Source of the DNA: Macrostomum lignano | Taxonomy: Eukaryota | DNA length: 64,000 nt | Direction of reading: 5' to 3' | Assembly (NCBI GenBank): GCA_002269645.1 | Contig: NIVC01000872.1 | Span: 109,545 to 173,544, forward strand | Shown: piece by piece, positions 50,080 to 62,330 of the stretch | Layout: each line of letters begins with the position of its first letter | How positions within the stretch are numbered: position 1 is the first letter of the stretch | The notes under the pieces: model-generated | Told to the model about the DNA's origin: nothing | Databases searched by the model: none | The model's input: the letters and a program-made list of their open reading frames with translations, nothing else | Made by a program: the position numbers and the translations under genes

Positions 50080-50364
50080 TGGGCCAGATGTGCAACCGAC
50101 AGCTCAGCCGCAGCTATTGTGTGGCGCATCTAAAGGCTGCGTACGGCTGTTCAGTCCAAGGACTATATGGAGGAGGGTCGCCACACACCCTCAATTACCC
50201 CAGCTAATTCTAGCACCCATTTTACAGCTGAGTGAACTGAAGCAATGCACAGTTAAGTGTCTTGCTTAAAAGGACACTATTTTTTTCCAGTGGGATTGGG
50301 AATCGAACCCCCCCCACGAACTTCAAGTCGTGAGGCTGATGCTCTAACCACTAGGCTACAACCT
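50080..50364 (-). mobile_element. SINE family 2, near full-length diverged copy
   Basis: Collinear with 38128-38800. Confidence 0.85.
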
Positions 50365-50815
50365 AAACATATGATTAAGTCCATCCGTACAAAGTCGCTT
50401 TCTATAATTATGTTGGCTTTCATTATTTCAGGCAACTGTATGGACATCTATGAGAGACTATGATCGTACATGTAGAAATTAGCTTTTCTTATGACCCAAT
50501 CTATCTTTAATTGATAGGCTTTAAACTTTGAGTGTCTGTTTCTAACTCATCTAGCATGACAAAAGCTACGCCTTATAACCTATTATACACATTTGGGGAA
50601 CCAAAATCTTAAGCAATACGAGAACTTCAAGTCTGCTAGTTGATCACCAATCAGCTTTGAGACTTATAGATAAGCTGGTGATACCAGACCATAAAGACAT
50701 TACGCTCGTAAAGCGAAAAACTTGACATCTAATTTTATGGTTTTTGTTACACCGCACGCAGAAAAATCACTGTTCATTGAATTGATCTGTAGCAATTCTA
50801 CGAAATCACAATCGT

Positions 50816-51863
50816 TCAAGACTCCAACGAGCAGGGCAGAACGCAAGCGGCTGGAAACAGGCCAGATCGTTGCGTACTGACGCTCAATCCTCGAAACCAG
50901 CCGTCTAATCGTTGGTTAAACACGCAGATTAATTCGCCTTTAGCAATGCTAAGCTCCGCATCTGTGGCAGCCGGTCTAGACTGAATGCACCGATAGAGTG
51001 ACACGGCGCCGTCTTCGCTACGTTTTGACCAGCGCGAATGCTGATGCTGCCGGCTGTTACGGGGTACAGATGCTGGCAGCGGCGTAGATAAGCTGGACTG
51101 TTGCAGCTGCGACAGAATCGTTGTTGGTGTACCAGTGATCACTTCCGAACCGGAACGTCTCGACCAATGCTGCTGCTGCTGCTGCTGTTGCAGCCGTCGC
51201 AGTCTGCCGTTATTAGAACGGCTAAAGATGCTAAAGATGCTAAAGTTGCGCAAAAAGTGAAGAAAACTACGACCAGCAGTGACAGAGTTAGAAGAAGCGG
51301 CATTTTGTTCCTGTTGCTGAGGCTGCTCAGGCTCAAAAATTGGACTGCTCTGAGTGCTATCTGAGCTGGCGGCTGCTAAGCCTGACTCTGCGGCTCTCAG
51401 CCTCCTTGGCGGCGGATTGCGCTGTTGTACTCGGCTGACCCGATTAGCCGGGAATAGGCCAGTTGCCATAGTAACCTGACACTGCCCGTGCAACCAACCA
51501 TTCGGCTGTTTAGCTAATACAAGATATTTCCTATCCTTCACTAATGGCAGCAGCGATACCGCAGTAGACTGATTAGCGCAGTCGAGGCTAATAGCATCGG
51601 ACGGTTGATAGTCGTACAGAGCGCAGACAACCGGATAAGCGTCGCATTTTTTCGAACTCTGATTGGCTGAAAGTTTTCGTTGATTGCCAACAACAGGGCG
51701 AGTGCAAGCCAATGGGAAATAGCCTTTGCGCTGGCCGATTCGTCCGTAGGCCCAGCCGGGCGCGGATGCTGTTGAGGCGCCGGCATCCGACGGTGCGTCG
51801 AGCGCTGTTGAACAGCGGCGACTAATTATTTCAATAAGGTCGCCCCGTCGAAGCTCCAGGTAT
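50816..51863 (-). CDS. SH3RF1: SH3RF/POSH-like E3 ligase, exon 2 (rest of SH3-1 plus two more SH3 domains)
   Basis: aaccag|A YLELRRGDLIEII...GWAYGRIGQRKGYFP; ALYDY...GWLHG...GLFPANRV; ELSIAKGELICV...DGWFRG...GLFPAACV. Phase 2 matches exon 1; total 1623 nt. The symbol is the family-level best guess. Confidence 0.85.
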
Positions 51864-51920
51864 CTGGTTGGACATGGGCAGAGATTTAATAATGAGAAAG
51901 CAATATAACGAAAGCAATTA

Positions 51921-52282
51921 GGGGGGCCGTAGCCCAGCGGTAGCGCAGCTGCTCTGGTGTGCCAGCGACCCAGGCTCGATTCCAAGTGCAGTCACATTAA
52001 TTTGGGGCTGAATTGGAATCTCGGCTTGGCTCTGCTCGTGCAATTAACGGCCTTGAGAGCCAACCCCCCAAGGCGCAGTGAAGTGTACATGCCTAGCGAT
52101 AATATAAAGTTAGGGCCGCTGTACACTCCTGTGTGAGTGTGTGCCTGCGTACGTATCCGCGCGCTTGTATGCCTGCTCAGGGGAGTCGGCGGAATGGGCA
52201 GCAATGCCTCTCGCCGGTTGTGTGCCTATGTCGCTTAAAGTGCGCCAGGGTGCACACAACCCCCCTGCCTCTAATAAAAAAA
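51921..52282 (+). mobile_element. SINE family 1, full-length copy in the SH3RF intron
   Basis: Near-identical to 2695-3056; possible imperfect TSD GAAAGCAATTA/GAAAGTTATTA. Confidence 0.92.
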
Positions 52283-52975
52283 TGAAAAAAGAAAGTTATT
52301 AAGGTTGCTTTTTTGCCTTCTGTTCCCATTTCAAAAGTGTATGTTTGTGGCAAAGATTCCGTCTGTGGTCGCCACTTTTGAGAGTGCAGGTAAAGTCTCG
52401 GTAACTCTGCGGGTGACGCAACTCAGCTACGCCGCGCCAGATTTGAATTAAGAAACGAAGTGGGGGAGCGGTGTGCGAGGGTTGGACGGATTAAAGCTAC
52501 CCCTAATCAGTGTTTTCGTATCTTTTATTTCAGAATAATTCAACAGAAATTGATCACTGGCGCATAGAGTGGCGACTTTTCAATGTTGCTGAGTGTAAGT
52601 AGCGCAGGGTGTCATCACCATTGAGTCACGGGTCATAATGATATTTGAAGGAGGGCCTTAGCCGATATCGTCTTCCAAATAAGCGCTGACAGCTGTTCTG
52701 TACTTTTACGTCTGCTAAAGGCAAAACTATACACGTATGCTCAATTAGCACATTTATGTAGCTCGCTCATACGGTACATACATTCCCAACTTATCAACCG
52801 CCTCTCACTCTCATTGCTGATCGCTACCAACCCATACGCAGGTTGTAAAAATGCGCACAAAAAATTGACGTAGTACTAATTAGATGACGAGGCATTTAGT
52901 CTTAATAAAAACAGTTATGGTTACTCCAGCCGTTTACCCAAAATGCATTATTTTTGCTTTAGGGTTTCTTTCACA

Positions 52976-55631
52976 CCCGACCGGAAATAATTGTTCTTTA
53001 AATGCGTCAAATAGCACATAAAAAATGAACTGGGGGGAATCCCAAAATAACTGTCGAAACGACACGAAATTTGTGAGAATCGACAATTGGTGGCACAGCT
53101 TGGCACAAATATAACTGTGCCAAGCTGTGCCAATTGGCACATGTGACACAATTAAGAATCAAATTTTTAATTGTGCACTGCTGTGCCACAACTGTGCCAG
53201 TTGTCTCAGCTATTTTTGAATGCTTATAATTGTGCACAACTGTGCCATAAATGTACCATTTGGCACCATACGAGTAAATGTGCAGCTAGAAGCAGTTAAA
53301 CTAGCGCGTACTGTGCCATTTGGCGTAAATTCTCCAGACGAGTGAATTGCAGTTTAAAGCAGTTGAACTAAGCGCATAATATGCTATCTGATGCTGTTAT
53401 AGTTGACCCGTTAGTCAACTACGAGTTATGAAGTGTATGTATGAAGTAGCTAAGATTTTGCGAGAAGTCCTTCTCATGTTTAAATGAGGGAAGACAAATT
53501 GAAAAGAGTTGTCAATGTAAATTAAACTTTAAAATAATGTTGGGCGCGAACATAAACAGATTAAAACAGTTGGAAAAAGGGATGTTGCATAAATACGTAT
53601 ATATTTAATGGGAAGTAGCAATAGGACAAAAAACATGTATAAACCAGGAAAAAGGGGAGGCTGCGGAATTAAAAAATGCATACTAGAAGTTAACGGAAAG
53701 AAACATAACAGACAGCGGACATTGGACAGGAAACAAAAAACAACGTAATTAAAAAGCGCGGTGCATGAAAATTGTGGTGCCAGCCAAAGAGTTTACTTTT
53801 CTAATACATTTGAAACTAAAACATGCAATGTAACAAATTAACTACTGAGTCGACTACACGTGGCACAGGATTTTAATGTAACAACATGTATACATCTAAT
53901 AATGTTTTAATTTAAAAAGCACAAACAAACAACTAGACGAAAAACAAGCAATTAGTGAAACCAACTCCAATACCTCTGTTCCCCTATACTTTTCTAGTTA
54001 GACAACAAGTCTGATTCCTGGTGCTATTGTAATTTACGAGTCTGGAACTAACTATAGTAATGTAGTTGGTTACTTTATGTGGGAAAGAGCATATTTCCAG
54101 GGGAAAACAAAACCAGAAACATGAGGGAGACAGACCAAGCTAGACGGGTCCCGCATCTGCCAAACAAGTTTAGTTTTGCTAGATGCAACAGCAGATATCC
54201 CGCGCTCAGTCCTCGCGAGTGCATTAGCCGCCTCCGACTGCACAGTGTCAGTGACATTGGCAGCCGCACCTTGACGAAGTTTCTTTACAGGCAAACGTCC
54301 GGATTGCTTTTCACGCTGGAGATGGAGCATGGAGCATGGATGGTGATGGAGCATCGGACGTAGGCCTTTTCAATCGCTTTCATTGGTTGGGATGTCGATT
54401 CCAGCCAGGTAGCAGGCGTGGCCGACCAGGCTCAGTAGCGCGACCGCTCAACGACGTTACCAAAATCTCGTCGTCGCTGAAGCACCCCGCACCATCTTGC
54501 GGAGAAGTGCATTGAGGTTTGCCGGAGTCGTTGGTTCTTGATATATCCTTACTGGCCGTGACCCTGGTCCAAGCGACGTTGGACGTAAAGGCGAAACCGA
54601 TTGGCTGCAGAGGTGTTTTTTAAGGATTGAAGAGCGTTTGAGAGTAACAATAGGATATTTGCGCGATCATAAATGAAGGACTATTAATTTCTTACCGTAG
54701 TACATGTATAATTTCTTTCCATTGTCGTCGACCAGCATGTTGTCAACTGTGACGGCTGGGTCCACGAGCTGATCTAGATGGACGGCGAGATGCTGCGTGA
54801 TCTGCTGCTTTAGTTCTTTTGTAATGGCGTCAATCAAACGCGGTTGCGCCATTTTCGAGCGTCTGAGCAGATCATGCCGCAAGTTGGGAGTGAAAACCTG
54901 CCGGTCATCTGCCAAAATCGAAGCTACTGACGTCGCAGCCTCAGTGCAAGTTGCACCGGGTGTGCGTCAAACAGTTTTGTTAGGTAATTAGCAATAAAAA
55001 AGGTTATTTGAGCCAAGTGTGCCAAGAAGGACAAAGACATATAACTGTGCCAAATGTCATAGCTGTGGCACAACTGGTACAATTGTAGCAAGTGTGCCAA
55101 GTGTGCCAGTCTGTTTTAATAACCAATTAGCTATAAAAAGGATATTCGTGCCAAGTGTGCCAAGGACAGTCCAAGACAGTTATATAACTGTATCAAATAG
55201 TATAGCTGTGGCACAACTGGTACACTTGTAGTAAGTGCGCCAAGTGTGCCAAATGGTTTCCAAGGGGAATTTGCTATAAAAAGGTTATTTGTGCCAGGTG
55301 TGCCAAATAGAACATACAAAGACATTTATAACTGTGCTAAATGGTATAGCTGTGGCACAACTGGCACAATTGTAGCAAGTGTGCCAAGTGTGCCAATTGG
55401 TTTCATTGGCCAATTAGCAGTAAAAATACTATTTGTGTCAAGTGTGCCAAATAGGACATACATCGACATTTACAAACTGTGCCAAATGGCATAGCTACGG
55501 CACAATTGGTACAATTGTATCAAGTGTGCCAAATATGACATACAAAGACATTTATAACTCTGTCAAAGGGCATATTTGTGGCACAACTGGCACACTTACT
55601 GTTTTTGAAAGGACAAATATTTTCGGTCGGG
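52976..55631. mobile_element. Foldback/MULE- or hAT-like DNA transposon remnant with modular inverted arms
   Basis: 24-bp inverted repeat (21/24) at 52976-52999 and 55608-55631. Both arms are built from TGGCACA/TGTGCCA modules, with a GC-richer spliced coding-like core at ~54070-54970. Superfamily unresolved and TSD not found. Confidence 0.6.
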
Positions 55632-55843
55632 CAGGTAAGTCACACGGCCAGTGTAAATCAAGGGATTGCGCATTTTATGTATGATCAGGCATGTACACAT
55701 TCTCTGTGCCCAGGAAATTGGCCCTCAATGGATGTGAATCGCCCATGAATGAATTATAAAGTGGTAGTTCTACCAACAAAATAAATGTTAGAACTGCTAT
55801 AATGAAGTCAATAATGTAAGAATTTAATGTAACAAAACCCTAC

Positions 55844-56418
55844 CTGGAGTCAGTTGATCTGTAATTAAATTCGCGAGTAGCAGTGCAGAAATCGCCAGAT
55901 AGCACAGTCAAATTACACGACTGTCTTTGCTGACGCCTCCTACAGTTACTATTAGCACTATCGCCGCTGCTTTTAGAAGCAGAAGAATCTAACGAAGAAT
56001 GATGCTTTTGTTGCAATTCGTCCAACTCGTTGCACAATCGATTCAGCTGTACATTTGGCGGCAAATCGTCTGCTCGAATAGCGGAAATAGGCGCGCGACA
56101 TTCTGGACAAACTGGGCCACCGATTCTGGTTGAATCACCTGCCGAACTTGTGCAGCTGTCTAATAATTTAGCTAAGCAGCTTCGACAGAATGCATGCTGG
56201 CAAGGCAGTACACGACTATCAGCTGATGGATCTAGCATTGATTCGAAACAGATTGGACATTTGATAGCCGATTTGATTATGTTTCGACATTGATTGAAAT
56301 GGTACGCCTTTGGCTGCTCTGATTCCTGTTGCTTTTGTTGAGTTTCATTACTATTGTTAGCATTGCTTCGACTTTGGTTGCGTCGATTGCGTCGTGGAAC
56401 AGGTGGAACCTGCATCAT
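55844..56418 (-). CDS. SH3RF1: SH3RF/POSH-like E3 ligase, exon 1 (RING finger and start of SH3-1)
   Basis: CPICFE...RVLPCQHAFCRSCL...CPECR...LPPNVQLNRL (C3HC4 RING as in POSH); donor TCC AG|gtaggg. Confidence 0.88.
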
Positions 56419-56716
56419 TGTAATCTCTATTTAATTTAACCTCTAGCCAGTAACTGTTTGGTTTCAGTGTGGATAGCCAAAGAAATTGCAAGATTATCTG
56501 AAACATGGCAAACATAATAGACTTTTATTTATACAGAATACGCAAGTGTATGTTTTGCACTGAGTTTACTCATTTTGTTGATAACAGGATGAAATGTGTA
56601 TGCTGGTACTTAGTCCACATTCATACATTTATTTTATTTTTTGTTGCTATGTAAAGAAGAAAGAAGAAATACAGAATAAATACTTTATATTATCTACATT
56701 ACTTGATAACTGTTGT

Positions 56717-56813
56717 GGGTTGTAGCCTAGTGGTTAGAGCGTTGGACTTACAACTTAAAGGTCAAGGGTTCGATTCAAGATCCTACTGGAACAACTTGTG
56801 TCCTTGAGCAAGA
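56717..56813 (+). mobile_element. SINE family 2, 3'-truncated copy (tRNA head and start of CORE)
   Basis: GGGTTGTAGCCTAGTGGTTAGAGCG...GGTTCGATTC...GTGTCCTTGAGCAAGA. Confidence 0.85.
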
Positions 56814-56999
56814 TAGAATATTTTCATTTTGTTTATCTTCTCGTCTTTTTCATCTTAGCTTGACAAATTTGCAAATTACCCCAAGTTTGCTATAATTTTT
56901 CTGGATAGATTAGTTAGGACATCCAGCAGTTGCATATTGCAATGAATCATTGGGTATGTATAAATGATAGACAAATTATAAAATCCGAAACTACAGTTA

Positions 57000-57750
57000 C
57001 TAAGTACAAAATATAGCTAATGTAGCACTTAAATTCAGCAGGCATATCTATCATTTCTTTCAAAATCATTGGGAGGAATTAAGATAATCCTATATTCAAG
57101 GTTCAATCAAGATTTCAATGTTAAGCAGTAGTAGCTAACTCTAAAAGTAGGAAGCTTAGGTAACCTAATGCTATAGCATACAATTTGACAATGGCCACTT
57201 AAACTTGGCCTAGGAAATTGTCATTGGTAATAAGTCCTGGATCTACAATCTATCAGCCTACTGGACTTCAGTAACTGGACTTGAATGAGTGGCATCTTAC
57301 TATCTAAGAACTGAGATTGCCACATTATGAAGCCCTAATACCACTTATAAAACGTGTAAGCTATTATTGACTAGTGGTACATTAATATATACCTGCTAGA
57401 AATGCTTAGCACTCTTTCTAGGCATTGTCCAAGGGCTTGAGCTTGAGGCATCCTTTATTAAGACAATATCCTAGTCCAAAAGACAATATCCTAGTCCAAA
57501 CAGTGGAATTCCTGACTAGAGAGCATCTCTCATGACTATATCTTGGCTATCAACTCTAAGCCTCAACCTAGTAATACTGCTTGGTTTCCAAGATAAGCAT
57601 ATGCCACCTTGGTATATGAGACTTGCAAAAAAGTTCAAGCAATGTGACTAATGGCTAGGGTTATTGCACAAAATATAATAGTTTTGCAAAAATGCAAGCA
57701 AACAGATAGAACAAATAGACATGGTAATAGTATTGATGAAACTATTATAT
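57000..57750 (+). pseudogene. Highly decayed mariner-type transposase remnant
   Basis: IVIGNKSWIY (57217-57246) corresponds to IVTGDESWIY; ILY*DN (57450-57467) corresponds to ILHQDN; TVEFL follows. Confidence 0.5.
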
Positions 57751-60700
57751 ACCTTTGTGTCCTCTAGTTACAATGTGTATAAGCCAAAATCAGATTATTA
57801 TTCACAAAGTACAAAGGTCAAGCCATTTCAATATAAAGTATCATTAAACTTATCCTAATATCAACTTCAATTTAATGCAGAAAAAGACAAAATTGTTTTT
57901 CCAAAACTAAAGAAGACAATCTATTTTAATCTTGAATTTAATACTTTTTGCTTTGATCTGAACACTAATGATGACATTGTTATTTGTGCAATATATGCTA
58001 ATGACACTTCAAAGCAAAGCTCTAAATAGCATTTAACAACCTTAGTTGCTTCTATTAGTAATAGTTCCCCTAAGCAAAGCTAACAATTGTAAAGTTCTAA
58101 TTCTAAATACAGCAACCAAAACCCAATTATAGCCTGCTAAAATAATCATGAAAGCTAATTTGTTGAATCAAGTTAAATCCTAAAAGAAAGATTAGAATCT
58201 AAACTAACATCTAAGCTAAATAGCCTTCTAGACTATTCTAGACTAATTTATTTTTCTTTTATTTCTAGACTACTTGTAAGTCCAACTGCTAAGCAACAAA
58301 CTAGTGAAAAAGCTTTTGATTCCAAAATTACAAAAATATATTAGAAATATTACCTTTAAACAAGATAAGCTATACAGTAAAGGAATTAAATTTTTATATC
58401 GCAAGTCTCTGTCCTCTAATGTCCTCTAATTTTTCATCTGTTTATTAAAATTAAAATAGAGAAAAAACTATCATTATTAGTGCAGTAGGTACTAAGGGTT
58501 GTTGCAATTAATAAAATATCTATTGCAGGGTTTGTGGCTTAGTTGGCCTACTGATGTGCCCAAGAATTTGCCAATGAATGCCCTTTTAAAGTGCTAGCTT
58601 ATGGTCCTCTGAGATTCAAGAATAAATCTCAGGTTTGAACCTAGGAAATAGCAGCCAGATAGTCAAATTGGATACTATGTATTTGATTTCCTATTTAGAT
58701 TAGACAAATAAATATAAGGCCTTAAGTAATAACCTATGCCTAGTTAGCAGTTAGCACTAGTAGCAATGTCACTTCACATTTAGTCAATGTCACTTTGGGA
58801 CCTAGTGACAATGCTACTTTGCACTTAGTCAGTGTCACTATAGGATCTAGTGACAATGCTGCTTTTTTGTTCTTCAAGCAGCTTCTATAGCTAGAATCTT
58901 GCAAAATCAAAATCCTTCTATATTTAGGATAATAGTCTAGCATGCAGATTCAGCCTTCACAGTGCTAAGCATTCTAGAATTGCAAAGCATAGCTTTAAAT
59001 CCAATTAAGCATATATTTTTATATTTTGTAGACAAAAATACTCATATATAAATATTTTGAGCTGTTATAAAATGCTAAAAGTAAAGTAATAGAATCACCT
59101 ATAGCTGACTATCTCCATTATGTAGGCACCTAATATTACTAAAAATAACAATGTCTTCTTATCTCATATTTATTCAGCATACAAAAACCCACTGTCATGC
59201 TTGACAGACTCCTGCTTTTATAGTTATCAAACTTTATCTCTGCCTGGATCTGACAATAAAGAAAAAATGATAAGGGAAACATAGAGGATAGCAATAAGGA
59301 CAACACTTTGCAACTCTAGAAATAGGGACTTCTTTATAATAAACATGAAGGAATAATTTTTGCATTATGGACAACCTATATTAATTATAAGATAGACCTA
59401 GTCTAATATTTTTTATTTTAATCTATACTTTTTAGAACTAGAAATAAAATGCCTATAACTTTTAAGGTTTCACAAACATGCTATCAAAAAAAATAAGTTG
59501 GAAAATGGAGCAAACATATAATGGTTTCATTTCAATAGGCAAAAAATCATTTTTGACCTTTTTATCAATCACTAGAGTAATTAAATTACTTTATGTCATT
59601 TTAATTATGTTTCTAGTAATAAACATACTTATAGTTTAATCTGTTCAATTTATTTTTCAAATAAGTGCACAAGTATTGAGTTATGATTGTTCATTAGCTA
59701 ATTATATGGCATTAAATTAAAGTCAATCATATGATTCATACATTTATCAAGCTCATAATTTGACTTTTTGCTTAAGCATAATTATGCTAATTGAAGAATT
59801 GAAAATAGCAATATAAATAAAAATTGAATGATTACTTTTCATACTAGGTGTGCATCTAATATTTTGTGTCTAGGCCTACCTTAATATAGTTATATTTTAG
59901 GAGCCATGATGCTTATTGGGCAGATAAAGAATCTATAGAGCCAAATTTACCATTGCATGAACTTGAATCTACTGATTTTCTAAACTGGTCTAGCTATAAA
60001 AAGCAATTGTAAGACTGCTTTCATCTTGCAGCAAAAGTATCAAGAGCTGCTTGATTGTTTTGATGAAATGCAATATCAACAAGGAATTTACAAACTGAGT
60101 GTTAAGCAGAAAGCTTGCATTGATACTATATATGTGGCCTAAATGAGGTTTGCGCAAAGTGCCTTGCTATGCATCATTGGGACAAATCTTTTTACCCAAT
60201 CAAGAAATGGAATGTGGGTTTATAATCTAGGTTTTAGTGGCTTATATTGTCTACTTTATCCACCTTTATTAATTTTATTTTTATGCTATTATTTACTTAG
60301 GGACAATACAAGAAATATATAGTTTTGGCAACTGGTTCATAACTTTTAAAATAAACATTTAAATGCAACTGTTTGTTATGATTTAGTGATTCAATGTACT
60401 TGCCTATACTGTAGCTTTCTCTTTCCCTCTGTCAACCCCTCCCTGCCCCTTCTATGCTTGCAACTTATTGTCGACTATGTTTAATGTACTTTACTATTTT
60501 GTGATGCTATTACACTAGACCTATTGTATCAATAAGTTATTATTTAAGTTATTTATTTACTTAGTCATTGTAAGTGATTTTGGACCCTTGATTATGGTTA
60601 GCCTTTTCCCTCTGCACCTTCTCATTGGCTGTCTCTGTTATATGAATACATAATTCTTGTTTTTTACCCCCCCCCCGTTGTGCTCTATATGGCTAAACTA

Positions 60701-61229
60701 ACCCCTTTTCATTCTTTTTGCCCCACTACCCATTTCTCTTACCTTGCAGCTTTTGCCCCACCCCATTTTGTTCTGACTGATATTTATTAGTGTATGCTCT
60801 TGTCCCCCCCTACTGACCTTTCAATTGCTTTTTTCTAGCTACCTTGCCACTCTAGCTACAATAGATATACAATCGTAATTACACGGAGATGCTTAGAGTG
60901 CCAAGTTGAGCAACCTATGCTTCTGTAAGTATCATCTTGCTTCTGTTATTTAGGGGTTTAATGCCAGTAGAACATTGTCACCAGGGCCTATGCATTTGCT
61001 GCAACCTTGGTTTCTAGTCTATTGCTTACACTTTTGTGCAAAAGTAGGTTAGCAAGTAGCAAGACTGGGGCTAAGTCCATCTTGGGATATAACACATTTT
61101 TAATCTTATAAATATGAGTATAATTTGCACTTTCTTATAAATTTTCAGTTCATTGCATAAATTTTTTGTTTTTTAGAGTATTTTGATTATTGTATAGTCT
61201 TGTTTTTAGCCTTGGAAAAAATGGAAAAA

Positions 61230-62330
61230 ATGGAAAATATCATTTCTGATCAATGGGTATTTCATGTTTTAATGTCATTGCAATTTGGATAAGACAAAAC
61301 ACCACTAAAATTAATGCCAAGCTAGTCTAAGTTGTAGCAGATTAGGTCCTTTTATACTGTAATATTGCCTGTTGGATCCAATAGGTCAATGCTAATCAAT
61401 GCTTGATGACAAATAGCCCCAATTCTAAGAAGCCAATAATATTTGTGACTGAGCAGAACATTAGAGCTCTGCTACAGCTAATAGATAAAGATTCTAATAT
61501 CACCATTGTATTGCTTAGCCAGACAATCAGCATTTCTAATGGCAGTGTCCAAACTATCCAGCTTGACCATATTGACCTCCCTAAGGTTATAGCCCATTAG
61601 GTGCCTCATGTACTAACTGCAGAGCAGAAGCAAAAGAGGGTTCAATGCAGCCAAGAATTTCTGTGATGCTTTGGCAAAGGTAGCACTAAACAACTTACTA
61701 ATGTTGTGAATAGTGACAAAAAGTGGTTATACTAATTCCAAGTACCCCATAAGAACCAAAACAAGGTTTGGACTAGTTCCAATAAAGACCATCCAACTGT
61801 TCTACACCTTGGGTTTTGCTTACAAAAGCAGATGTTTGTTGTCTTTTTCAGCATCAATCCGCCAGAGACAGTTGTTATAGTGCCAAATGCATAGAACATC
61901 AATGCCATATTCTATACTAGTGAGGTTTTGCCTAGAGTTGTGACTTTAGTCATAGAAAAGTAGCCAACTTGCCTCCAGTGGCAGAATTCACTTGCACCAT
62001 AGCAATACCTATAGCCACATTGTGGCCATGACAACTAGCTTTTTGGCTGATAACAAGCTCTTTATGATATTGCACTCTTTATACAGTCTTGACTTAGTGC
62101 CTTGCTACTTCTGGGCCTTCCTACAGCAGACTGAATGCATGGATAGATGCCATTTTCAGTAGCCCCAAGACCTGGCTCACTATATCAATTAAGAGCTAAA
62201 CACCATACTAGCTTCAGAGTACCATACTGCCTTCAAGGTGTAGATACATTGTCATTGGAAATGCATAGAACATGGCAGAGATAATATTGAAAGAATAATA
62301 AAGTTAAAAGATTTACCAACATTTACAATT
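61230..62330 (+). pseudogene. Decayed mariner (DD34D) transposase
   Basis: KVIAH*VPHVLTAEQKQKRV (WVPH motif), VVNSDKKWLY (TGDE.W), MFVVFF, HHSN (HHDN), YSLDLVPCYFW (YSPDLAPCDFW) and SEY..AF..*...WKCIE, with multiple stops. Confidence 0.88.

Noticed and set aside
37982-50816. Operon-like cluster of co-oriented SH3RF, RBM19 and WDR6
   Set aside because: Gaps of about 2 kb and 8.5 kb, with TEs and an opposite-strand ORF between; no spliced-leader evidence can be seen in DNA.
38128-56813. tRNA genes at the A/B-box-containing heads
   Set aside because: They continue into shared SINE bodies and tails and do not close a cloverleaf acceptor stem.
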